The translations under genes and the position numbers were made by a program. A stretch of DNA of 64,000 nt, from positions 32,001 through 96,000 of IMG/VR virus record IMGVR_UViG_3300020045_010841; one strand, given 5' to 3'. Numbering within the stretch: position 1 is the first letter of the stretch; every line of letters begins with the position of its first letter. Of the stretch, positions 39,339-46,057 are shown in pieces. The stretch comes from a virus. The notes under the pieces are model-generated. The model ran no database searches. It saw only the letters and a program-made list of their open reading frames with translations, and was not told the origin of the DNA.

Positions 39339-39412
39339 TGCGACGCTGTGGAGTCGAACCACATTCGTGTAGCTTATGAGACTACCCTCGATACCAACCG
39401 ATTCCGCCCGCC
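39339..39412 (-). tRNA. tRNA-Met (CAT), irregular acceptor stem
   Basis: GTAGT-CTCATAA-GCTAC; TGTGG-TTCGACT-CCACA. Confidence 0.7.
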
Positions 39413-39419
39413 ATTTGTT

Positions 39420-39516
39420 GCTGATTAATAAGGATTCGAACCTTAAACCTGTCTCCCCGTTCACAAAGTTTATCTAAGTTACTACGTTCAAATGTGCACC
39501 TTTACACCATAATCAA
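39420..39516 (-). ncRNA. tRNA-like RNA with expanded, non-canonical anticodon domain
   Basis: Acceptor TTGATTA/TAATCAG, D arm, T arm TAAGG-TTCGAAT-CCTTA; ~45 nt replace the anticodon arm. Confidence 0.6.
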
Positions 39517-39549
39517 TCGATGACTTGCAAATCATCATATAAAGGTTAA

Positions 39550-40308
39550 TTACTCCTTTATTTTACTTTTATGTTTTTTACAAACACCCCATATTTCTGG
39601 AATTTTATTTTTTACAAACTTACCTGAATATTGTGGTGACCAATTCATTAGTATTCCTAATTCTATTAACCACCCTTGTTTAGAAAAATCAATATTAGAT
39701 TCTTTTATTTTAAATATTTTTAATTGTAAATCAATTTCTTTTTGTTTTATCCTTTCAATATTTAAATGGTCTTTTATAACTTTATCTCTAGATACTCGTC
39801 TTATTTGACTTACATTTTTATTTTTACTCTTGTAAGTATCCTGAATAGAATCACAATTAGAACATAAGAATCTTAAATTAGATAATTCATTATTGTTATT
39901 AATCCCATCCTTATGATCTAAAATTAAAGGCATTATTTTACCTTTCCAATTTTCATCTTGCCCACAACATTCACAAATATAAGGAATTAATCCTTTATTT
40001 TTAATTCTATTTTTTATAACAGTTCTATCTACTTTGGAATCCTTAACAAACAATTCTCCATCAGATAATATATTTCTATTTACTCTTAAATGGAAGTGAG
40101 AAATATTAATATTAAATTTTTCAATTTCACCTTTAAGTCTTTTTAATGAACCATTACAATAAGATAATCCTAATTTTAATGTAACTTCTTTAAAATTAGT
40201 ACTATCTTTGATAATAGGTTCTAAAATTTCTTTACTATATTTAATTTTCATAATATTATATTTTGATATAAATATACGAAAATAAAACTCGAACCCAAAT
40301 TTCTTCAA
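39550..40308 (-). CDS. HNH homing endonuclease
   Basis: CECCG..LILDHKDG..NN..NLRFLCSNCDS; likely start at MKIKYSKE. Confidence 0.85.
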   Translation of the reverse strand: MKKFGFEFYFRIFISKYNIMKIKYSKEILEPIIKDSTNFKEVTLKLGLSYCNGSLKRLKGEIEKFNINISHFHLRVNRNILSDGELFVKDSKVDRTVIKNRIKNKGLIPYICECCGQDENWKGKIMPLILDHKDGINNNNELSNLRFLCSNCDSIQDTYKSKNKNVSQIRRVSRDKVIKDHLNIERIKQKEIDLQLKIFKIKESNIDFSKQGWLIELGILMNWSPQYSGKFVKNKIPEIWGVCKKHKSKIKE

Positions 40309-40316
40309 TAGAATTG

Positions 40317-40391
40317 CCGAGATAGAGAGATTCGAACTCTCTTCGAACGCATAGACAGTGCGTCATCCTTCACCAGTGGACCTTATCTCGA
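40317..40391 (-). tRNA. tRNA-Asp (GTC)
   Basis: ACGCA-CTGTCTA-TGCGT. Confidence 0.85.
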
Positions 40392-40473
40392 ATTTGGCGA
40401 TTTCGTACTAGAATTTCCATTTTGTAAAAATCGAAACTCCCTCATTCGCCACGAGGTGTAACTGCATAAATCG

Positions 40474-40548
40474 TGGGCCTGACGGGGTTCGAACCCGCAA
40501 CCTTCGCAGTGCAAATGCGACGCTCTTCCTATTAGCAGCTTCAGGGCC
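40474..40548 (-). tRNA. tRNA-Ala (TGC)
   Basis: TCGCA-TTTGCAC-TGCGA; C3:C70 instead of G3:U70. Confidence 0.8.
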
Positions 40549-40558
40549 AGTAACTATG

Positions 40559-40629
40559 TAGCCCGTGACGGTAACGATCCGTCTTTCTTTGATCGAAAAT
40601 CAAATGTCCTGCCTTTAGACGAACGGGCC
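40559..40629 (-). tRNA. tRNA-Glu (TTC)
   Basis: TTTGA-TTTTCGA-TCAAA; T-loop ATCGTTA. Confidence 0.8.
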
Positions 40630-40811
40630 AAATTTAATAAGTTATAGAGGTTTTTGGTGGTTCCCGCGTCTAGCCATTACCAAACTAACTACATTCGTAA
40701 TAACATAAAGTTATTAATTCTATTTTAATCATGTAAGATTTACCTTTCTATCTTTTACGCTTATAACTTATTATATCGTGAATATACGATTTAAAATTTG
40801 TATATCCAAAT

Positions 40812-41495
40812 TTATTTTAAAATATCTTGAAAATTTTGTTTTACAAATTTTAAACAATATTGAGGTGATTTATTTAGTAATTTACTTACCTCAATCCCCC
40901 AAGTTTTTTTAGTAAAATCTATATTAGATTCTATTAATTGTTGTTTAATTTGTTCTAATTTTAATATTTTATTAGAATTATTTTTTAATATTCTAATTTT
41001 ATCTTCTTTAGCTTTTGAATACCCCTTTTTATTTCTACCTGCAAATGTTTTAGTTTGAGAATGACAATTAGGGCAAATTATTTTTAAATTAATAATCTCA
41101 TTATTTTGATTATTCCCATCTATATGATCTAATTGTAATATTATTGGTTTATTATTCCAAACATTTTCAATACCACAATCTTCACATTTATCTTCTTTTA
41201 AACCTAAAATTAATAATCTTTTTTTCATATCTTGATTATTTAATTTAGATTTTGTTGGATTACAAAATATATCTTCAAAAGATATTATTCTACTTAATTT
41301 TACATTTGATTTTTCAAAAATTTCCTTTCTAGTTAAGAAATGAGAATTATCTAGATTAAAAAAATTTATGTAATAGTCTAAAGTTTTATAATTTTTACCC
41401 CAAGGTTGTAAACCAAAAGAAACTAAAACATCTTTTTTAGTATTATTATCTTTTAATACTTGTTCTAATAAATTTTTGTTATTTAATATGCTCAT
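40812..41495 (-). CDS. HNH homing endonuclease
   Basis: CEDCG..LQLDHIDG..NN..NLKIICPNCHS. Confidence 0.88.
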   Translation of the reverse strand: MSILNNKNLLEQVLKDNNTKKDVLVSFGLQPWGKNYKTLDYYINFFNLDNSHFLTRKEIFEKSNVKLSRIISFEDIFCNPTKSKLNNQDMKKRLLILGLKEDKCEDCGIENVWNNKPIILQLDHIDGNNQNNEIINLKIICPNCHSQTKTFAGRNKKGYSKAKEDKIRILKNNSNKILKLEQIKQQLIESNIDFTKKTWGIEVSKLLNKSPQYCLKFVKQNFQDILK

Positions 41496-41548
41496 ACAAT
41501 TTTAATTTATTATAAATATATGAAAGGAATATTAAATATCAAAAAAAG

Positions 41549-41620
41549 AGCGTCATTCCGGGTTCGAACCGGATCCTTCTCTTTGGAAGAGAGACAAACC
41601 ACCAACAATTCTTATAACGC
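41549..41620 (-). tRNA. tRNA-Gly (TCC)
   Basis: TCTCT-CTTCCAA-AGAGA; U73. Confidence 0.8.
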
Positions 41621-41702
41621 AAATAAGATAAACTTTAGCCTTATATACTAAATGAGACCCTTTAAATTATCACTAACCCTAGGTGTGATCTATTTATCTT
41701 TG

Positions 41703-41777
41703 TACCTCTGGTCGGTCCTGCCCCGACAAAATCTCTTGTTTCTAAGACAAGCGGCTTTTCTATTTGCCCACAAAGGC
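41703..41777 (-). tRNA. tRNA-Leu (TAG), short variable arm
   Basis: CTTGT-CTTAGAA-ACAAG; T-loop GGCAGGA. Confidence 0.75.
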
Positions 41778-41890
41778 TTATTTAAATTATTTACAGGGTA
41801 GAGGATTTACCTACCGCATTTCTATCCATTTCTCCATTAGTTATCTCGAGTTCTAACGAAGCGCGACATTTCTACCCTGTAAATAATTTG

Positions 41891-41970
41891 TACCCCAGGT
41901 AGGACTCGAACCTACACCCTTTCGGAACGGCGCTTAAAACCGTCGTGTCTACCAATTCCACCACTGAGGC
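41891..41970 (-). tRNA. tRNA-Leu (TAA)
   Basis: ACGGT-TTTAAGC-GCCGT; variable arm present. Confidence 0.88.
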
Positions 41971-42011
41971 ATTTAAGGTGTGTTACCCTTACACTACCGA
42001 ACCTCAGTCCG

Positions 42012-42045
42012 AGGCCCAGGTCAGATTCGAACTGACAATCTCCTT
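42012..42045 (-). pseudogene. tRNA 3'-half remnant
   Basis: GTCAG-TTCGAAT-CTGAC T arm plus CTGGGCC acceptor strand; no matching 5' half seen. Confidence 0.5.
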
Positions 42046-42125
42046 ATTTTATCTTATGTAAGATCACTTATCAATTTCGGTAGCGTCCTCTAGTTACATT
42101 GTAATAGAGGGTCGACTCTTAATTG

Positions 42126-42197
42126 AGGGTTTATAGAGGATCGAACTCTAAACTCTTAGTTTTGCAAACTAGAGGCTTAACCATCAGCCTTAAACCC
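42126..42197 (-). tRNA. tRNA-Cys (GCA)
   Basis: Loop TTGCAAA; U73. Confidence 0.8.
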
Positions 42198-42318
42198 ATT
42201 TTAAATAATATGTTTTTGTATCATATCTCCGAATAAAATTACATTACTAAAAATTCGGGCTCTTACTATTTGAGCTAATTATTTAAATTTCTATATAAAT
42301 ATTAAGGTATTAACCTTA

Positions 42319-42361
42319 ACCTTAATCTTACTTCGTAAATATATGAATAAATATTTAGTAA
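42319..42361. repeat. 43-bp direct repeat, copy 1 (contains promoter)
   Basis: ACCTTAATCTTACTTCGTAAATATATGAATAAATATTTAGTAA, identical at 46058-46100. Confidence 0.85.
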
Positions 42362-42398
42362 ACCAAATTTATTTTAATAAATTTACTTATTTCTTTTA

Positions 42399-42899
42399 TT
42401 AAAAAAGTAAATATTTTTCCCAATTTTTAGGTATATCATCAACACTTTTTAATAACATAAGATAATGTGGGCGTTTTGGTTGAGGTATTTCTTTACCATA
42501 TTCTTCTAACGTTAAATCTGCTTTTTCCCCATTACATTTTCTACATGCTGTAACAACATTTTCAAATGTGTTTTTACCCCCTTTTGATGTTGGTTGGACG
42601 TGGTCTAATGTTAATGTTTTTCTATTATCACATCCACAATAAACGCATTCGTAATTATCCCTTTTATAAACATTTTCACGTGAAAATGGAACTTTTTGGA
42701 ATTGTTGATTAACATATTTATGAACTCGAATAATAGATGGTTTTTTAATATCAAGTAATGGATTAACAAGTTTGAAACTTTCATCATGTTCTGCAATTAC
42801 TTCTGCATTTCCTTTATATGATATAACAAAAGCCCTATCTGCATTTATTATACTTCTAGCTATATAACTAGAATCTATTACTAATGTTTTCTTATTCAT
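42399..42899 (-). CDS. HNH endonuclease (McrA/HNH_5-like)
   Basis: SRENVYKRDNYECVYCG..TLDHVQP..GG..NVVTACRKCNGEK. Confidence 0.9.
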   Translation of the reverse strand: MNKKTLVIDSSYIARSIINADRAFVISYKGNAEVIAEHDESFKLVNPLLDIKKPSIIRVHKYVNQQFQKVPFSRENVYKRDNYECVYCGCDNRKTLTLDHVQPTSKGGKNTFENVVTACRKCNGEKADLTLEEYGKEIPQPKRPHYLMLLKSVDDIPKNWEKYLLF

Positions 42900-43084
42900 A
42901 ACTTATGTTGTGTTTTTCTATTATATTTCCAAGAACGATATTCTCTATATTCTTGACCATATAATCCTGATTTCTTTACTCTATGGCCTTCTTCCCAATA
43001 TGGAGGGTATAAATCATTTAAATATGTTATTCTGTACTCCTTATTATTGATAGCTTTATTATATCTATATCTATTTGCACTCAT
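42896..43084 (-). CDS. Small basic protein ending RSWKYNRKTQHKL
   Basis: 62 aa; preceded by a uORF and hairpin. Confidence 0.7.
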   Translation of the reverse strand: MSANRYRYNKAINNKEYRITYLNDLYPPYWEEGHRVKKSGLYGQEYREYRSWKYNRKTQHKL

Positions 43085-43109
43085 TTTTACTCATTTTAGG
43101 TTATTAAAC

Positions 43110-43136
43110 CTAATGAGCGTCGAATTTCTTTTTCAT
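43110..43136 (-). promoter_or_regulatory. uORF MKKKFDAH-TAG with overlapping hairpin
   Basis: CTCATT-AGGT pairs with ACCT-AA-AATGAG just upstream of the 42896..43084 start. Confidence 0.5.
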
Positions 43137-43150
43137 AATTAATTTATTAG

Positions 43151-43222
43151 CGCGCCTGGAAGGTTACGATCCCTCTATTTTTGGTTTGGAAGCAAATGTG
43201 TTACCGATTACACCACAGACGC
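43151..43222 (-). tRNA. tRNA-Trp (CCA)
   Basis: Loop TTCCAAA; G73; T-loop ATCGTAA. Confidence 0.78.
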
Positions 43223-43297
43223 AATTATAGTCTTTCCTATTAGTCATATAATGGATTTTTATACGTAATTTAGGTACCTACTATCCCAACCTTATTG

Positions 43298-43368
43298 AAC
43301 CCCTACTTGGACTCGAACCAAGATTCTATCTTTAGAAGAGATATGTTCTTCCTTTAAACTATAAGGGC
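43298..43368 (-). tRNA. tRNA-Arg (TCT)
   Basis: TATCT-CTTCTAA-AGATA. Confidence 0.85.
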
Positions 43369-43374
43369 ATTTTG

Positions 43375-43448
43375 AACACCTAATAGGACTCGAACCTACA
43401 ATCTATTGATTCGTAATCAATTGCTCTATCCAGTTGAGCTATAAGTGC
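43375..43448 (-). tRNA. tRNA-Arg (ACG)
   Basis: ATTGA-TTACGAA-TCAAT. Confidence 0.9.
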
Positions 43449-43509
43449 ATAAAGACCTGATATCCGAGTTTCCATCCTACTCAGGTCATGATAGGCTTCC
43501 TACGGGTTG

Positions 43510-43581
43510 GGTGTAAGAACGGTACCGCCCCGTCTTCCTCTGCTTCACAAACAGCCACTTCACTAAAAAGCTTCAAACACC
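43510..43581 (-). tRNA. tRNA-His (GTG)
   Basis: Loop TTGTGAA; G-1:C73; T-loop GGCGGTA. Confidence 0.72.
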
Positions 43582-43586
43582 ATATA

Positions 43587-43688
43587 AATTAAAGATTGGA
43601 CTCGAACCAACACTAAGTTTATTTCATCCTCAGCCATATCCTTAGATCTAATGTCTAAGTTAGGTGTTTACCATTTCACCACTCTAAT
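43587..43688 (-). ncRNA. tRNA-like RNA with expanded anticodon/variable domain
   Basis: Acceptor ATTAGAG/CTTTAAT, D arm, T arm GTTGG-TTCGAGT-CCAAT; internal CTTAGA-CATTAGA-TCTAAG hairpin. Confidence 0.6.
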
Positions 43689-43691
43689 TTG

Positions 43692-43759
43692 TACCGAATA
43701 CTAGTAACGCTCTAGTCTAAGATTGGATATGAGCCATTCTTGATCCTTGATCATTCGGT
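43692..43759 (-). tRNA. tRNA-Met-like (CAT) with truncated D loop
   Basis: Acceptor ACCGAAT/ATTCGGT; GATC-AAG-GATC D arm; loop CTCATAT. Confidence 0.6.
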
Positions 43760-43763
43760 ATTG

Positions 43764-43847
43764 CAGAGAAAAGAGGTCACGATCCCCATGCGAATTACGC
43801 ACACACTGTTTAGCAAACAGGTCCAACTCCTAGTTAGTACATTCTCT
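43764..43847 (-). tRNA. tRNA-Ser (GCT)
   Basis: Loop TTGCTAA; long variable arm; G73. Confidence 0.78.
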
Positions 43848-43853
43848 ATTTTG

Positions 43854-43926
43854 TAGGCATACCCAGATTCGAACTGGGATTATATCGGTATCAGCGATGT
43901 ATCCTAACCATTTAGATGATACGCCT
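43854..43926 (-). tRNA. tRNA-Ile (GAT)
   Basis: Loop CTGATAC. Confidence 0.85.
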
Positions 43927-44023
43927 AATTTAATTACTAAAGCAGGTAGTCCTCCTGCGAATATTTTATTGCGGTCGTCATTTCCTGACACCAGGTCACT
44001 TTTTATTTATTTTAGTAATTTTG

Positions 44024-44097
44024 CTCCTCAGGTAGGGCTCGAACCTACATATCTCTTGTTTAACAGACAAGCGCTTTCACCATTTAGCTACTGAGGA
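44024..44097 (-). tRNA. tRNA-Asn (GTT)
   Basis: CTTGT-CTGTTAA-ACAAG; G73. Confidence 0.9.
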
Positions 44098-44171
44098 ATA
44101 ATATTCGTCTTTCCGAATTGTCAAACGTCTATCCGTTGGTCATTTATCGTTCGGCATTACCCGAAACGTCG

Positions 44172-44243
44172 AGGACCTGGAGAATTTCGAAATCTCAACC
44201 CGCTACCTAACAAATAGCCGCTCTGCCTTTGAGCTACAGATCC
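44172..44243 (-). tRNA. tRNA-Asn (GTT), second divergent copy
   Basis: GCTAT-TTGTTAG-GTAGC; U73. Confidence 0.75.
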
Positions 44244-44326
44244 AATAATCAGTAATTATCCTACATACTCCGTCGAGTCCTCGATAAATTTATATCCATC
44301 ACTGCTGATTACCTGTGACTTACAAT

Positions 44327-44402
44327 TGGTGGGGACTATCGGTTACGCTCCGATCTCTCTAACTCTTCAGGCTAGCGCTTTCACTAGATTAGCTTAATCC
44401 CC
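44327..44402 (-). tRNA. tRNA-Phe (GAA), CCA encoded
   Basis: CTAGC-CTGAAGA-GTTAG; T-loop AGCGTAA. Confidence 0.82.
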
Positions 44403-44488
44403 AAATTCCGGTCTGTCCAAATGATCGCGAACGATTTCGCGTTAAGGACCGAGGCGTGTGGCCGGCAATCACTTCAGTGCGTTATTAG

Positions 44489-44719
44489 TTATTGGTGGTG
44501 TTTTATATAACGACCAAATTTATCTACTCTAACGTTACAACGTTCAAGTATTAAATTCCAATTACTAAAGTTAGACAATCTTGTTTTTGCTTGTGCTAAT
44601 TTTAATGCATTAGCTTCTGCTTTACTACGATCCTTATCTGTTGTTTCAACGAAATAAGTGGGAGCTTGACTTCCGTTCTGAACGGGTGTTACTCTCCAAA
44701 TTCTGATTTGTGTTTCCAT
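44489..44719 (-). CDS. Hypothetical protein within the tRNA array
   Basis: 76 aa; start codon lies inside a hairpin overlapping a uORF. Confidence 0.7.
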   Translation of the reverse strand: METQIRIWRVTPVQNGSQAPTYFVETTDKDRSKAEANALKLAQAKTRLSNFSNWNLILERCNVRVDKFGRYIKHHQ

Positions 44720-44762
44720 AATAGCTAATTAGCTACCATGGAGGAAAATCAATTGTCCTCAT
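44716..44762 (-). promoter_or_regulatory. uORF MRTIDFPPW-TAG and start-sequestering hairpin
   Basis: uORF 44733..44762; CCATGGTAGCT-AATT-AGCTATTATGG 11-bp stem includes the downstream ATG. Confidence 0.6.
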
Positions 44763-44776
44763 AATATTTATTTTAG

Positions 44777-44847
44777 TGGGGCCAGTAGGAATCGAACCTA
44801 CCCAGTGAGGTTTTACAGACCTGCTCGGCACCTTGCCTGTTGTCCCC
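44777..44847 (-). tRNA. tRNA-Tyr (GTA), short variable arm
   Basis: Loop CTGTAAA; A73. Confidence 0.75.
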
Positions 44848-44851
44848 TTAG

Positions 44852-44924
44852 TACCCTATGTTGGGATCGAACCAACTACAACGAAGATATAAGCTTCGGA
44901 CTCTAACCAATGAGCTAATAGGGC
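44852..44924 (-). tRNA. tRNA-Ile (TAT)
   Basis: CGAAG-CTTATAT-CTTCG. Confidence 0.82.
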
Positions 44925-44970
44925 AAATACACTTTCCTGGTAAATCTGTATAAGTGTGAAACCATATTCG

Positions 44971-45041
44971 TACCTCGTAGTGGAATCGAACCACTGCCTA
45001 TTGCATGTAAAACAATTACGCTACCATTACACCAACAAGGT
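44971..45041 (-). tRNA. tRNA-Val (TAC)
   Basis: ATTGT-TTTACAT-GCAAT. Confidence 0.85.
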
Positions 45042-45090
45042 AAAGTAGGCCCATTTTATAGAGTTAGGAATGGCCTGTGTATCTCTTTTG

Positions 45091-45161
45091 TACCCCCTGT
45101 AGGTAATGCTCCTACTTCCCGATATTAAAAGTATCGTGCTTCACTTTAAAGCCTAAAGGGC
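45091..45161 (-). tRNA. tRNA-Lys (TTT)
   Basis: CGATA-CTTTTAA-TATCG; T-loop AGCATTA. Confidence 0.8.
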
Positions 45162-45261
45162 GTTCGGGCACTTTCCTATTCACAGTATAAGTGCGAAACC
45201 CTGAGTTTTTTAATTCTATGCAAGGCCCAAGCCATCTATAAATTAATAACAGTCTCACTCG

Positions 45262-45337
45262 TCGGGTGAGCGGGCTTCGCTCCCGCGTGCTCTTACGTCC
45301 AAGGTAAGCTAGATAAACTTGACTCCTATACCACCCG
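45262..45337 (-). tRNA. tRNA-Pro (TGG)
   Basis: CTTAC-CTTGGAC-GTAAG; C1-G72, A73. Confidence 0.8.
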
Positions 45338-45429
45338 AATAATTTCAATTTTTGCGAGAATTGAAAAACTCACTTAACTGCCCAAATACGCGTGGTCCTA
45401 AGACACTTTTTATTCTGTTAAGATTTTTG

Positions 45430-45500
45430 TTGCCTGTGGAGGTAACGATCCTCCTCCGATGCTGTCAAAGAGCATTGTACCACCTTTATACGAACAGGCA
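45430..45500 (-). tRNA. tRNA-Gln (TTG)
   Basis: ATGCT-CTTTGAC-AGCAT; U1-A72. Confidence 0.8.
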
Positions 45501-45506
45501 AAATTG

Positions 45507-45596
45507 CGGAAGATATAGGACTCGAACCCATACACCCTTTTAAGGACTGACGCATTTCAAGTGCGCTGCCGCTAGACCAACTCGGCTTAATCTTCC
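45507..45596 (-). tRNA. tRNA-Ser (TGA)
   Basis: GCGCA-CTTGAAA-TGCGT; long variable arm. Confidence 0.88.
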
Positions 45597-45699
45597 AATA
45601 TTCTCGAAATGTCAATTAACGTATTTATTTTAATACATCGTAAATATACGATTTAAAATTTTAATATCCAAATTTAATTTAATAAATTTTTCAATTTTG

Positions 45700-45771
45700 A
45701 GCCTCTGGAAGGTAACGCTCCCTCTTCTTCTGATTACAAAACAGACATAATTGCTTTTATACTACAGAGGC
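45700..45771 (-). tRNA. tRNA-Thr (TGT)
   Basis: Loop TTTGTAA; T-loop AGCGTTA. Confidence 0.8.
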
Positions 45772-45777
45772 ATGTTT

Positions 45778-45808
45778 AAATAAAAAATCCGTTCTTTTGG
45801 AACGGATT
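45778..45808 (-). terminator. Intrinsic terminator (putative attenuator) just before the first tRNA
   Basis: AATCCGTTC-CAAAA-GAACGGATT followed by TTTTATTT on minus. Confidence 0.8.
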
Positions 45809-45834
45809 CGAATAGTATCTTTAAATTACTACTA

Positions 45835-45957
45835 TCAAACTCCGATTCCTCCTTGGGTTTCCGGTTTTAACACTACTTTATTATAAATAGACATACCGGA
45901 CCAATCACTATGATTTAGCGTTCTAAACGATGCCTGTATGTTATTATAATTTTTCAT
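45835..45957 (-). CDS. Putative attenuator leader peptide (40 aa)
   Basis: MKNYNNIQASFRTLNHSDWSGMSIYNKVVLKPETQGGIGV followed by TGA TAG TAG TAA; last codons complementary to the terminator 5' arm. Confidence 0.65.
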   Translation of the reverse strand: MKNYNNIQASFRTLNHSDWSGMSIYNKVVLKPETQGGIGV

Positions 45958-45972
45958 GTCTTATTATGTGGT

Positions 45973-45981
45973 TATAAATAT
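45973..45981 (-). promoter_or_regulatory. Late-type promoter motif ATATTTATA (representative)
   Basis: (T)ATAAATAT on plus just upstream of minus-strand starts at ~2704, 7057, 14672, 19399, 26228, 28986, 32269, 41511, 45973, mostly structural genes. Confidence 0.6.
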
Positions 45982-46057
45982 GGTAAAGAAAATTAAAAAT
46001 TAATATTTTTATCCTTCCCTTGTATTAATTATTTTATTTAAAATATTAAGGTAATAT

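Noticed and set aside
43897-45615. ORFs 43897..44094, 45112..45348, 45352..45543 and 45418..45615
   Set aside because: They overlap clear tRNA genes.
39082-45771. Theta/HDV-like or hammerhead ribozymes at tRNA 3' ends; group I introns in tRNAs
   Set aside because: No convincing catalytic core found by eye, and the HNH genes lie between rather than inside tRNAs; a covariance search is needed to exclude them fully.
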